A stretch of 64,000 nt of DNA. Origin: Squalus acanthias (taxonomy: Eukaryota). Shown in pieces: positions 36,653 through 50,971 of the stretch. The first letter of the stretch is position 1. Every line of letters begins with the position of its first letter. The position numbers and the translations under genes were made by a program. The notes beneath the pieces were generated by a model. The model made no database searches. It saw only the letters and a program-made list of their open reading frames with translations, and was not told the DNA's origin. The stretch lies in NCBI GenBank assembly GCA_030390025.1, contig CM059453.1:6014001-6078000 (forward strand). The letters run 5' to 3'.

Positions 36653-39600
36653 GTGAGTATGCCCTTTGTTCCTTTTGTACATTTTCACTCCAGTGCTTCA
36701 GTATGAATCAACCTATGTGCAAAGTGGGCAAATATTATAATATCACTGGCCGATCTCAAAGTGTAGTTGAAACATAGGGTGTACGGATACTGATAAGTGA
36801 CGCAGTGGTTCATATCCTAAACACAGAAGTATGCAGAAATTACAGCAGTAAAACAAGTCGTGTGTCCTTCACATGAGCAACACTCCGAATCGCTTGTGCC
36901 TGCTCAGTTCCCACATCCCTTTATTGCAATTCCCTTCAAACACCTTTCTATCCTATTCTGAAATGTTCACATGAGGATAGATTATGCAATGTTTTTATCA
37001 GACGTAAGACTGACGATGTTTCTCTACACCTGAAAATGAAATCAGCTGCCCATTACTTCCAGACCCGGGCAGTAAGTTCAAAATCTGCCTCAGTCTGATT
37101 CTATCTTTGCTGCTCCGTGGCTTCATAAGTTTAAGCACATCTGTCAAATCATCCCAAAATCTGTTTTAGCCGAAGATGATCTGGTCCTCTTTTTAAACGC
37201 TTTCTTCGTATTTGTACTATCTCATACCAGCCAGAAACTACGCCAGTCAGCGCTGTAGCCTTCCTATAGACTGGAGCCCAATACCCGCATTCTTACTCCA
37301 ACTGTGAACTAACTACTGTTCTCCTTAGAATCTCCATCACAACTCGAATTTTTATTATAGATCTCTTGCCATTAAACCTAAATCTCCAGAAAAATGTTAT
37401 TTGCAGTTTTCAGTGGAAGTGCTGCTTTTACTGTCTTATGAAACTGATCCCAAGTTTTTCTGCTCTTCCACATCTCCAGCTTCCTGCGGTTCAAATTAAC
37501 ATCTACCACCTCATAGTTTCTGACCTTGAATTATATCTGCCTCTTATGTCCCCATTCTACTATATCTCCAGTATCCATTTGTAACTACTTTTTGTTCTCT
37601 AGTTATTTCCTGGGATTTCTACTTCCAACGTTGGCATGGGTGTCAATCTGGTGAAATTTGATGCGCCTCTCATTATACACCGCGCCCAATTTTCGTTTTG
37701 ATGCAATCCAATTAATTCCTGCAGGGAAATTTTGTCATCAGTCTCTTTAGCGCTTTCTCCAAATTATTGATTCACACAGTGAGTAGAAGCAATCCCACAG
37801 GACAACCCTGTGGGACAGCCCACTCAGATCCAACCATTCTAAGCAACTGCGCTTAACGGCGACTCACTGCTTCGTCCCTTCTAAACAGTTTGTATTGCAA
37901 TTTCTATTTCATCCTTATTACCAAACCTCTTAATATCTTCTCCAATAATCTCCTGTGTTTATCGTCGGCAATGGCTGCCTGATTACGTTTCAAGTTACTT
38001 TTTGGTGAAGCTTCTTTTGACGTCGCCAGAAGTTAAAAGGCGTTGAATTAATCTAGTCTTTGTTCGAGCCTTTCCCTATCCAGCGCTCATTTACCCCGCG
38101 TTTAATTAGATCTTAATGAAAAAGTAGATTTTGAGTAACGTGAAAATCATTTCAAGTTATGAGTTATTTGTTCTTTCTAATCCCACGTCAACCAATGCTA
38201 TTTCTGCTGAAGCCTTCTTCAGGTTTACACGCGAGGAACCTGCCCTGCTTCTCCCAAACAAGGTGGTGTTACCCGTCCTTTGTCTGGTCTGTCCATGTCT
38301 TGAGCAAGACGCTCCTTAAAACCTACCTCTTTGAACAAGCTTTTGGTCACCTGCCCTAAGTTCTCCTTATGTGGCTCGATGCCAACTTTTTTAGGTTTAT
38401 AATACTCCTCTGCAGCGACTTGGGACGTGTTACAACATTAAAGGTGCTACATAAATACGTGTTGCTGTTGTTGTATTTTCTTTCTTTCTTTCGTTCTTTC
38501 TTTCTTTCGTTTTTCTTTCTTTCTGAGATGGGGACCTGTAGGCGATTAGACCCAATAAACCCTTCTAATGGTTAAATCATCTCCACCTACCCTCCCACCA
38601 GAGGTACAAACCGTAAGGATTGAATTTTGACCTCCCGGTCTGCATCGCTCAATACATAATCTCGCGTTGCACTTAAAACTTATTAATGACAGCGTGACTG
38701 ATCACTTGGAGAAATTTGAGTTGAATAGAGGGAGCCAAAATAGACTTGTAAAGGGCAGGTCATTTTTAAAACCTAACTAATTCTTTTTGACGAAGTAACT
38801 AAAATAGTAGACAGGGGAATGTTTATTGAAATGATTTACATGCACTTCTAGAAGGCATTTGATAATGTTCCACAGAAATGTCTGTTAGCTAAAAATAAAG
38901 TTCGTGGAATTGAAGGCAAATTGTTACCTGGTTAGGAAGATGGTTCGGCTTCATGAGACAGAGAGTAAAAATAATGTGTATGTCGTCGATTTGGACGGAA
39001 GTGACTAGTGGTGTTCTACAAGGATCTATGCTTGGGCCTCTACTACTCACCCTATTCATACTGACATAGTAGGTACTGTAGGCAGGGGAATGAAATTGCA
39101 ATGTGACTTTGATATATTAAGTGGGCAAAATTGTGGCAGATGTATTTAAACTCAGGTAAGTGTGACGTCTTTCATTTTGGACAAAAAATGATGGATACGA
39201 GTATTTATTAAATGGTGAGAAAATATGAACAGTGGCGTTCCAAAGAGATTTAGGAGTCCATGTAGATAGACTACCAAAGTGTGAGTTACAAAACCTGATC
39301 AAAAAGGCTGATGGGATTTTAAACTTTATAAATAGATGGCTAGAATATAAAGAAGTGGAACTTTTGTTACAGCTAAACTTTGCCCTGTTTGGACTACATC
39401 TGGAGTGCTGTGTACAGTTCAGGGCCCCTCACCCTAGCAATGTTATATTACCCTTGGAAGGAGCGCAGCGAAATTTGGAAAGAATTGACAAGGTAGATAG
39501 AGAGATACGTTTTCCTCTAATGGGGCATCTAGGACGAGGGGAAATAACCTAATAATCAGAGAGAGAGCTCATTCAGGAGGGAAGTTAGAAAACATTTCCT

Positions 39601-42600
39601 CACAAAAAGGGTGGTAGAAGTGTGGAACTCGCTCCTGCAAACAAAATAGATTCTGCCTCAATTATTAATTTTACATCTGAGAACAATAAATTTTTGCTAG
39701 CCATGGGTATGAAGGGATATGGAGACAAATCAGATGTATATAGTTAGGATGCAGATTAGCCATGATCTTATTAAAGGCTGGTAAAGGATGCAGGGTTTGA
39801 ATGTCTTACTCCGGTCCCTATGATCCTGTTATCTCTGTCCTACCCCGCCAAACTTCATGCAATTAATTATGAATTTCCAGCACTGTTTATTTTCTGTTCT
39901 ATATGGTGCACTTTTGAATATAACTTGACTTTAATGAGCAGTACTTTTGCTTAGCGTTCTGTAATTTACAGCAATATCTAATTTAACACAGTCGAGTAAA
40001 GGCATATATGCACAGGTTCAGGTCCCATTTCTGTTTAGTATTCACTGGTGAAATTATGCGTGTCCTGACCCAAGGCCCAGTTAGTCTTCATTTACATCAG
40101 CTAGGTAAAGTCTGATAAAGCGTAGGGCTCAGCCGGATTTCCTATTCACTGGAGAAATTATGACTGCCATTTCTGATTAATGTTGCCTGATCAAATGATG
40201 ACTTCTCGCAACTAGCTTCCCGTTCGATTTAGGTTGACAGGTTTAGGAATGTGTGCTCAGATTGCCGGCCCAGTTTGGGTTAGAATGCATAGATTCGGGA
40301 TGTAAACCCAGCTTTGCGAACAATTTCGGTTAACTTACTAGCTTATGGATTCAAGTCCCAGTTTGGTTTTACTGTCTAAATTAAAAATATGTGTCCATAC
40401 TGAGAGCCCGGTTTTCTTTAGAGTTCTGAGTTCGAACAGAACGGACGCCGTTCAGGTGAAGGGAAGAGATTCAGGGGGAAGAATGTGGATTAGTTGGAAA
40501 GGCAGAGGGTTTTCTGGGTATAAGGGTGCAGGTTCCATCGGCGAAGAATGGGCGGGCCGGCTGTCCCCCTCGGCCCGCGGTTTAAATCTCCAACCGACCC
40601 CACTCCTCGTCCTTGCCTGTCCCCCGGTTCCAGGGGCCGGTTGACCGGAGGAGGTGACGGCAGCCGCACCTTCCTACAAAGCAACTCGGCAGAGAAAGAA
40701 CAAGCTGCACTCTGGGAGGACGTATCATCTGAACCCCTGAATAACGAGGGAGTCGGCGAAGGCAGAGGAAGAGGCAAATGGAGGTGGTGTTATTTCCGAG
40801 TATTGGCAAGATGACGGAGAGGGGGAGGGGTAGAGCTAGCGGCGGCCTCGTTGGCTTTCGCGTCTATGTGTTCAGGTCACTTTCTGTGAACCCCAAGATT
40901 CCCTCCCCCAACCTCTCCCACTTTTAAACCTCCCATTTTCACACACATGTAAAACCATATTTGTAACTCCCCCTTCGTTAACTCCTTAATAAATCCCCAT
41001 TTCTCCCCCAAATGTGCCCTTTTTTGAGCCTACTTTTAACCTCGTTTTTAAATCCCTTTTCAATCCCCCTTGTGAAACACTTTTTAAATCCCTATTTAGG
41101 TTCATTTTTTGATGCACCATGAAAGAGCCACGGAGTGTGGGAGACAGAGAGAGGGAGAGAGAACGGCAAAGAGTTAGAGAGAGAGAGAGAGAGAGAGAGA
41201 TAGAAGCAGAGAGAGATTGGGGGTGGGGTGGGTGGGCGGCGGAGCTTGAGCAGCAGTTTCCAGGACTAATTGCGCTCTAAATAGAAAGGAGGTCTTCACG
41301 CCTCTGCTCTGGAGCTGTAACGCTCAACGGTGTAAACAAACCCACCTCGGAGCAGCCACATCGAAAGAGAGCAGTTGGTGAGACACCGAGGACTCATCAT
41401 ATGAACCGTCAGTATTGACACCAATCTGGGACTGGGATCTGAAAATAAATCCAAAAACGAATCAATAAAACAAAGCTTGGCTCTGGGAATGAACACACAT
41501 CCCTATGTGTGAGCAGGATGCAGTAACTCCTCCTGTTCTGGGGCAGCGGTGTGTGTGGCGTGAGTGCAGTTCCTCCTCCTGTCCTGGGGGGGCGGTCTGA
41601 TTGGGGTGGGTGCAGTTCCTCCTCCTTTCCTGGGGCGGCGGTGTGTGTGGGGTGGGTGCAGTTCCTCCTCCTGTCCTCTAGGCGGTGGTGTGTGTGGGGA
41701 GGGTGCAGTTCCTCCTCCTGTCCTGCGGCGGCGGTGTGTGTGCGTAGGGTGCAGTCGCTACAACCAGGATTGCTGCTGAATCTGAAAGGCTATCCCTACC
41801 CTTTCAGTTTTAAAGAAACAGGACTTTAAAGTTCTGGTAGGGGTTCATAGGGTTGATCGAGAGAAGATGTTTTAGATTGTGGGAGGTTGCATAACTCAAG
41901 GTCATTAATATTAGATAGACTTCAATAGTGAATTCAGGATCAACCTCTTTACTGAGAGAATGGTTCCAATGTGGAACCGCATCATAATGTTAAAGGTCTC
42001 AGCTAGTTCAATCCTCAGCCTTCTCTTAGCTAGAGAAAAAAAAATGAGAGTGTGTGTGTGAGAGTGTGAGTTACCACTCGCTGCGTTAAAACGGTGTTTC
42101 CTCATGTCGCCTTTGGACCTTAAATCACCTTAAATCTGTTGTACTCTGGTTCACGACCCATCAGTTAATGGGAACAGTTTCTTTCCAGCTACTCTGTCTA
42201 GACCCCTCATGATTTTGAACACCTCTATCAAATCTCCTCTTAATCGTCTCTGCTCAAGGGAGAACAACGCCAGTTTCTTCAGTCTAACAACTTAACTGAA
42301 GTCCCTCATCCCTGGTATCATTCTCGTACATCTTTTCTGCAGCCTCTCTAAAGCTTCATATCCTTCCTAAAGTGCTGTTCCCTAGAATTGGACACAATAC
42401 TCAGTTTTAGCCGAACCAGTGCTTTATAATGGTTCATCATAACAAAGTTGCTTTTTTACTCAATGCCTCTGTTTATGACGCCCAGGGTATCGCAAGGCTG
42501 TTTTAACCGCTTTCTCAACCTTTCCTGCCAGCTTCCACGATTTGTGCACATATACTCCCAGGTCTCTCTGTTCCTGCACCCCCTTCAGAATTGTATCATA

Positions 42601-44825
42601 TAGTTTATATTGCCTCTCCTCGTTCTTCGTACCAAAATGCATCAGTTAGCAATTTTCTTCATTAAATTTCATCAGCACGAGTCCGCCCATTCCACCAGCC
42701 TGTCTATGTCCTCCTGAAGTCTATCACTGTCCTCCTCACTCTTCACTATATTGACAAGTTTATGGCTGTGTTTTCAGAAAGAGGGCCCAGTTTGTTTTTA
42801 CTGACAAGTTTAGGGATGTATGTTCAGATCCGAGCCCAGTTTTAAATAAATTCACTTGATTAGCGATCTTTATTTAGATCCAGGGTTCAGTTTGGTTTTA
42901 ACGAAGAGCTTACTGAGGAGTTTACAGACAAGGCTCCAGTTTGATTTAGGTTGCATAGTTTAGGGATTTTGGTTCGGATCCAGGCCCCAGTTTGCCTTTG
43001 GTGACTCATTATGAGATGTGTGTTCAGTGTCAGGGCCAAGATTGGTTTTATTCACTGGTTTAGGGATGCGTGTTTCAATCCGAGGCCCAGTTTAGGATGA
43101 GAGGGCTGTCCTATGATGAGAGATTGTGTAGAATGAGTCTATACTCTCTGGAGTTTAAAAGAATGTTAGGTGATCTCACTGAAAAATTCAAGATTCTGAA
43201 GGGGTTTGACAGGGTAGATGCTGAGAGGTTGTTCCCCCTGGCTGTCGTGTCTAGAACTAGGGGGCATAGTCTCAGGATAAGGGGTAGGCCATTTAAGACT
43301 CAGATGAGGAGTAATTTCTTCACTCAGAGGATTGTGAATCTTTGGAATTCTCTGCCCCAGGGGGCTGTGAATGCTGTGTCTTTGAGTATATTCAGGGCTG
43401 AGATAGATAGATTTTTGGACTCTAGGGGAGTCAAGGGATTTGGAGATCGGGCGGGAAAGTGGTGTTGAGATCGATGATCCGCCATGATCTTATTGAATGG
43501 CGGAGCAGGCTCGAGGGGCCGTATGGCCTACTCCTGCTCTTACTTCTTATGTTTTTATGTTCTTAACACTGACGGTTCAGATTATGCATCCTCTTTGTCT
43601 CTGTGTCTCACCCAGTGTTCTCTTTTGTTGTGCTTGCAGCGAGTTACGTTTGATAACTACCAGTACCAGTACAGTATAAACATGCGCAGCTCCTATCTAT
43701 TCGGAGCCCAATTAGTTGCGGTGACTGCAGCTCAAAAAGCCCTGCCATCTATAACGTCCTTGGTTGCAAATAACTTTGGAACTTGAGCCAGAAAAGCTGT
43801 GGTCAGGCCGCATCCGCTTATAGACTGTGCTGTATTGAAAGGTCTTGTTGTGTTTGCAGCTGTATGTTTGAACAGAAATGTAAATTGAAAGCACGCAGCA
43901 TCCATATTAATAATACATCTACGTAATGAATAATACCCGTTAATAATGACCTCCTTATTAATTTGTCAGCCGTGGCTCATTTGGAAGCAATCCCGCCTCT
44001 GAGTCCAGAAGTTCTTAAGTTCAAGCCCCACTCCAGAAACTGGAACAGGGGGCATTTCTACAACGTCACAAACGGGGTGGGACTCTTGGGAAAGGAGACA
44101 TTATTTATCTTCTCTGATTGGTCAGTGAGGATGACGTGACACCAATCTAATTAAAATTAACGGAAGTGTCCCTTTTTAACGCACAGACAAGATCCAAATT
44201 GTAAGTAAATATAAGGAGAAACGTTGTTAATGTATGGCATCGTTGGCCGTGCCGACAATGCATTCTAGACCCTCCGGTGTCCACCGGTCGCGGAAGGTTT
44301 CAAGCATACCGGCAATCACGTCATGGTCCCACTCCACCGACGCCCGAACGTGGACATAGCCGCGGATGGGATCCAGGCAGTCGAATCAAATGATCCCCTG
44401 GACTGGGTGCTGCCTGGACCTGTGAATGGCCACCTTGCGCAGGCCCAGGAGCATACCCACGAGGAGGTCCTCCGACTTCCTCATCCCCCACCGCTCCGGG
44501 TGGCCAATGAGAATTGCTGCGTATCCCGACATTGCTCTGTTTTGGCCTAACCTATTGCGTCAATCAATTTTATCTGTGTATGTTCCAGCAATATTTGCAT
44601 TTTCGACGAAAACCTCAAGACTATTTCACACGTCCCTGACCTCACACCGTATCTCAACAAAAAACTGAAGCAAATAGGATAGAACCTGGTTTAATTTCGG
44701 AAAAGTTAGAGAGCTTTAGAGTGAATATAAAGAGTTAAATCAATTCGAAAAAATGCTCCTCTCTCTGACGTCGCAGATGCAGAAGAAAGTGACGAAACCA
44801 CATGTCTGCAGACTGCAGAAACCTG

Positions 44826-45090
44826 ACTAACTGTAATGACACCTCTTCAACATACAGCTCGCATTAGCTGCTGCAACCAAACTAAGTGTATTGACACCTC
44901 TCCAAAATTCAGCTCGCATAAAATTGTTGCAAACAAACTAATTGTATTTACACCTCCCCAACATTCACTCGCATTAGCAGCTGCAAGCAAACTAACTGTA
45001 GTGACACCTCTCCAAAATTCAGCTCGCGTTAGCTGCTGCAACCAAACTAATTGTATTTACACCTCCCCAACATTCAGCTCGCATTAGCTG
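44826..45090 (+). repeat. 55-bp VNTR (about 4.8 copies) upstream of the gene D leader
   Basis: Units start at about 44826, 44881, 44937, 44991 and 45046. Confidence 0.9.
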
Positions 45091-48000
45091 CCAGGAAGCT
45101 GAATAAGTGTGAAATGTGAGTCAGAGGCGTCTGCAAGCGTGGGCGGTGATCTTCTGACGCAGATTCCAACATATTATGTTCAAAAATAACAGGGTATTTA
45201 TTGTAAGTGTGTTTATGTGAGAGAGAGAGAGATGCTGCTTCTATAGTATGCATTGTTTAGCAACTGTTCGACATACCATACCATCATATTCAGTAACAGT
45301 CGGTTAGACGCAGTCGATTAACAGGATGTGGTAGTTGCCCACCTCTCCAACGAAGCTGAGTGAGTAAGCACTGTTCCTACAGTTCGGTTGATACAGACTA
45401 GCGGACTTTTCCCGATAATCTGACGAAGATTAGCAAATAAATCCAAGATATGGCAGGCATGAAGAATGCAGAAACCTGAATGGGCTCGATTGTGGAATTG
45501 ATTCTTCATTTTGAGAGTGACATCTACAACAGGTTCCAGTCATGAGGGGTTGCTTGTTTGCTTTTCTCATGATATTAACAGATGGTAAATTTATATTGTT
45601 TTTAATAATTTTGGAAAAGTTGATTTATATCTTTTGGGTAAGGAACTGGAAAATACCGAATATAAATGATTTTTGGTGATTGATTTTAAAACTGGTGAAT
45701 TAGGAATTTCATGATTGTTCAACACACCCCTTGTTGGTGTATTATTGTGTTTGATTACCTATTCAATTAATATTTAAATATATGATGTTTCCGTAATATT
45801 TATTAATATTATAATGCACATTTAAGAACATTTTAATTCATATTTATTCAAAATGCAAGGGGAGAATCAATAGATTTTATATATATATATAGATGAATAA
45901 TTCAATATTTATTTAATGTGTTTTTATTGGGCATTGGCTTGTTTGTTAACGGGTATGTATTTGGTTTTTAGATGAGTATTAAATATGTATATTATTGTTC
46001 ATAAATCTCCTACCAAATAGGTATTCCAATAAACATTTTAATACATGTTGTGATTGGTATTGAATGAGTATTTTAAATGATTTTGAAAAGGCCTTAACTG
46101 ATACTTAAATTGTGATGGGCGCTTTTTTTATTCACCATGGGATGTGCGTGTCGCTGGCGAGGCCAGCCTTTATTGCCCATCCCTAATTGCCCTTGACAAG
46201 GCGGTGGTGAGCTGCCTTCTTGGACCGCTGCAGTCCTTGTGGTGAAGGTACAACCATACTGCATGTTTGTCAATTAACACGTACTTTAATGGAACGTTAA
46301 GATGCTGCAAAGCATTTTAAATAGAATCTGACATGGGTTCTCATGTTCCTTTCTCTCAGTTGCTTGTAGTGCTCAATGCTCTGTGGTGATGCCAAATGTT
46401 GTGTCGGCAGTTTTGGGTTCATGTGTAGAGATCCCGTGTACATTTGATAATCTCGTCTATTACACCAACCCAAGCGGGACGTGGATAAAGTTGGGCCCTG
46501 GTCCTGGAAACCGCGGTTTCTCCATTATCTATGATTCTGAACATCCACACAGGAAGCATTATAACTATAGTGGAAGAGCTGAGTTTAAGGGCAACATTGC
46601 AGCTGAACAATGTTCCCTCCTGATAAAGGACATCAGGAAGAGTGATGAGGGTACATATCAACTCAACTTGAAATCCCTTTGAGCATCTATACTAAAAACC
46701 ATCGCACTGACGATGCTCAAGTCTCTCTTTCTATTTCGGGTGAGTTTTCCCTTGGTTCCTTTCAGTACATTTTCACTCCAGTGCTTCAGTCTGATTCAAC
46801 CTATGTGCAAAGTGGGCACATTTTATAAAGTCGCTGGCCGATCTCAAAGGGTAGTTGAAACAGAGGGTGCAGGGATACTGATAATGGACGCAGTGGTTCA
46901 TATCCTAAACACAGCAGTATCTAGACATTACAGCTGTAAAACAGGCCGTTCGGCCCTGTCCAACCGTGTGGCTGTTTATCCTTCACATGAGCCACACTCC
47001 GAATCGCATGTGTCTGCTCAGTTCCCACATCTCTGTATTGCAAATCCCTTCAATCACCTGTCGAACCTATTCTGAAATGTTCACATGAGGATGGAGGTGC
47101 AACTTTTTGATGGGACGTAAGACTGACGATGTTGATCTACACCTGAAATAGAAATCAGTTGCTCATTATTTCCAGACCCGGACGGCAAGTTCAAATTCTG
47201 CCTCAGTCTGGTTCTATCCCCGTTGTCCCGTTGCTTTATAAGTTTAAGCACTGCAGTTAAATCATCCCAAAATCTGTTGTAGCCTAATGAGGTCTGGCTC
47301 CAAATTTAAAGGCTTCCTTGGTGTTGCTCGTTCCTCATACCAGCCAGAAACCACGCGAATCTGCCATGTAGCGACCCCATAGACTTGAGTCCCAAACAGA
47401 CATTCTTATTCCATCTGTGAACTAACTGCGGTTCTCTTTAGAATCTTGACTTTTATATTTAACATCACTTGCCATTAAACGCAGGACTCCAATAACATTT
47501 TCATGCCCGTTTCCACTGTCGGTGCTGCTTCACATTCTTATGACCCTGGAGCCCCAAATTTCCCCTCTATTCCACATCACCCAGCTTTCCACCGTTCAAA
47601 CTACTATCTACCACCTCATATTCACTGACACTGAGTTGTATGTGCCTCATATTTCCCCATTCTGCTCTCTCTCTCTCCATGAACCCTTTGGAACTCCCTT
47701 TAGTACTCAGAGTTATTTACTGGGAGACGTAATTTGAAGTTTTGCTCGGGTGTCAAACTGGCGATATAGGATGAGTCTTTCATTTGACACCACCCCATAT
47801 TTCCTTTTCTATGTAATGCAATGGAAAGTAAAAACAGTCGGGTTTGTATAATAGGAGTACGATGAGATATTGCCAGTTTTACACCATTTTCATTTGTTAA
47901 CCTTAATCCCCTACTTCTGCTATTAATTACTGTCGGGACATTTGGACATCACTATCTCCAGCGCTATATACAAATAATCTATGTACAAAGTGAATAGAAG

Positions 48001-50537
48001 CATTTAATTAACTCAACCTTTTGGGACACCGTCCTCAGTTACCAACCATTTCTGAGCAACTGCACTTAACGGCGACTCACTATCATCCCTTCCAAACAGT
48101 TGTATTGCAATTTCTGCCTTATCCTTAATTCCAAACTTTTCCAATGATCTTCTGTATTTACCGTCGTTAATGTCTTGCTGGTTACATTTCTATTTACTTT
48201 TGTGTGAAGCGTTTTAGGACGTTCCGAAAACTTTAAACGCACTTAATAAATGCAGTCTTCTTTCTTGCCTTTCCCTATTCAGAGCTCAGTTACCCCGCTT
48301 TTAATTAGATCTGAACATTTTACAGTTATGCGAAAGTGAGTTAAAATTATGATATATTTGTTCATTCTGATCCCACGTCACCAACATGCTATTTCTCCTG
48401 AAGGTTTCATGAGATTTACACGCGAGGTATCTGCTGTGTTTCTCAAGCACAATCTATGTTACCTGTCGTTTTCAGTTCTGTCTATATTGACCTTTCTTTG
48501 CATCGTAATTTTGGCCTCTCTGTGTCTGCATTAGTCACAATCTCACTGGTAAGTGCTGGTGCAAAGATAGGCACATGAAAGAATCAAATATTTGTGATAC
48601 TTGTAGAGATAACCTTGATTTTAATTCCTGCGTGCAAAATTGATCTAAAGGTACCAGATCCATAATTTGAATAGTGTAGGTGATAAAGCGACTGATATTT
48701 AATTACCAGAAGTTATATATTGCCCGGTGAGGCATTAAACTACCTTTTAACTCCAAGGCGTAATTCAGAATAGCGAACTCACTTGCAACACTTAGCAGAC
48801 AAAAAATTACAAAATGCATTCCTTTTTAAAATTCTTTATCAGATTGAGTTGGAGCAGATAACTTGCCCGTTTTAAGATTGAAATGAAGCTAACGCGTGCG
48901 TTTTCTCCTGCTCTTATAGAAAAGCCAGAGATTTCAGGTTATGGGGAATTGATCGCTGGACAAACTGCACGAATGACCTGTTCCATCATCCACAACTGCC
49001 CGGAGGGCAACCTGCAACTGAAGTGGTTTAATTACAATGTGTCCCTGCCTCTTCCATGGTCTACTCAAGATGGAGCAGAAATAATCAATGAACGTTTTGG
49101 TTCTCGGAGAGTTTCATCCTTGATCACCTTCACTCCATCATCTGCTCATCACGGAACAGTTCTGGGATGCACAATTTTAATTGATGGTGTCCCAACTCCT
49201 TCTCCCCAAACTCGTACCTTGAATATTAAGTGTAAGTGTCTGTTCTAAAGTTAATAGATATAACCTACCGGACAACGGTTTTTAATATTTATACTCCATC
49301 ATAAACAATTTAATAAGGGTTTAGGACCGCATCAATTAATGTATTGAGAAAAGATGGACGTCTGTACTCTTGAGTTTTCAAATGGAAAATTAATGAATCG
49401 GCTTTCATTTCACGAACTCTGGATTAAATTCCAATTTTCTCTTGCCTGCTTGCTGGAAGGCGCACACGTGCACGAGGTTGGGATAGTGCCACCACTTCCT
49501 GCGGAAATACCGCAAAAAAACCTCGATGGCTCCAGTAATGGAAACTAACCTGGCCTCTAGTTCAGTATGACAGGATTGGAAGATATCAAAATGTGGCATA
49601 AATGCACCATGTTGTACATTTATGAGGTTGCTACAGGAGCACATTTACTGGGACCTTTACTCTACATCTAAATGTTCATAAATATTACTCGTAGTCTGAA
49701 GAAAACAATTTTCCAATTCTTGGAACGCCAATCGCACATTTTGATAAGCACAAATTCTCCTAACGGTATCTAATAAAATGGTGTTAAGCCAACTTCTGTT
49801 ACTTGTATTAATGTTGAGTTAGGTCCTTTGAACTGTCTCCTTGCATGCCGGACATTTATTGAAGAAGCAATTCAGTCCAACACAAACGATTATGTTTAAA
49901 ATAGTGCATAAAGTGAAGACATTAAATTAATTGACCTTTTATAACAGTGACGGGTGAATCACGTTTGTGGGTATATTGCTCCGTCTGAGGTTCCCCCACA
50001 ACATCTGTCAGGACAGGTATGGTTGGACTGAACACACATTGGGTTGAATATGAAGTTATTCCTTACGGCGCTCTCGTGTTACAAGTGAAGATATTGTTAG
50101 CCACCAACTGGTGCAACAAAGGTTGCTTCATATTAAAATAGAACCTACCAGAACTATTATGGTTATTTCAACAGATTACTTAATTGTACTTCGACACTGC
50201 AGCTGTTTTACATGATCATTTCCTATTTAAGTTTCCATCTTTTTAGATAAACCCACAATTTTAGCGGGCCCGAAATGCAGCAGCTCTGAGAATTGGGCGA
50301 ATTGTACCTGCCGGATTAGAGCCAATCCACCGGGAAACATCACATGGAGCTTCAATGGGACAATCCTCACTGGGAACACGTCACATGTGGAAGTAATCTC
50401 TTGGGCGGTGAATAGTCATATCATGGAGAGCTCCCTGAGATTGACTCACCCAACCGGAACCGGAAACCTGATCTCATGTGTTGCAGCAAACGAGCACGGT
50501 GATTCTGTCAGCAAATACCAGCTCCACTCTAAGGGTA

Positions 50538-50971
50538 TAGAAACATAGAAACATAGAATCTAGGAGCAGGAGTAGGCCATTCGGCCCGTCGAGCCTGCTC
50601 CGCCATTCAATACGATCATGGCTGATCATCCAAATCCAGTACCCTGTCCCTGCTTTGATCCCCACAGTACACATATCCCACCCTACCCCCGTAACCCCAC
50701 GTATTTAATTCCCCCTAACATATCCCATCCTATCCCCATAACCCCACATATTTAATCCCCCCTAACACTAAGGGTCAATTTATCATAGCCAAATCAACCT
50801 AACCCACACATTTTTGGACTGTGGGAGGAAACCGGAGCACCCGGAGGAAACCCACGCAGACACGGGGAGAATGTGCAAACTCCACACAGACAGTCACCCG
50901 AGGTCAGATTCGAACCCGGGTCTCTGGCGCTGTGAGGCACCAGTGCTAACCACTATGCCACCGTGTTGCCC
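50538..50971 (-). mobile_element. tRNA-derived V-SINE (HE1-like) with HER1-LINE 3' tail
   Basis: Minus strand: ggcaacacggtggcatagtggttagcact (A box), gggttcgaatct (B box), V-domain gtggagtttgcacattctccccgtg, then the LINE tail and (tttctatg)n. Absent from the gene B paralog. Confidence 0.88.

Larger units (their letters stand above)
17203..38306 (+). repeat. Tandem segmental duplication unit 1 (about 21 kb: intergenic repeats, gene B, and promoter/leader/V of gene C)
   Basis: Collinear and highly similar by eye to 38307-58716, for example 17611 gcgattagacccaataaacc = 38542, 24930 = 45542 and 35601 = 56199. Confidence 0.9.

Noticed and set aside
50890-50971. tRNA gene
   Set aside because: It is the tRNA-derived head of a SINE, with no complete cloverleaf.
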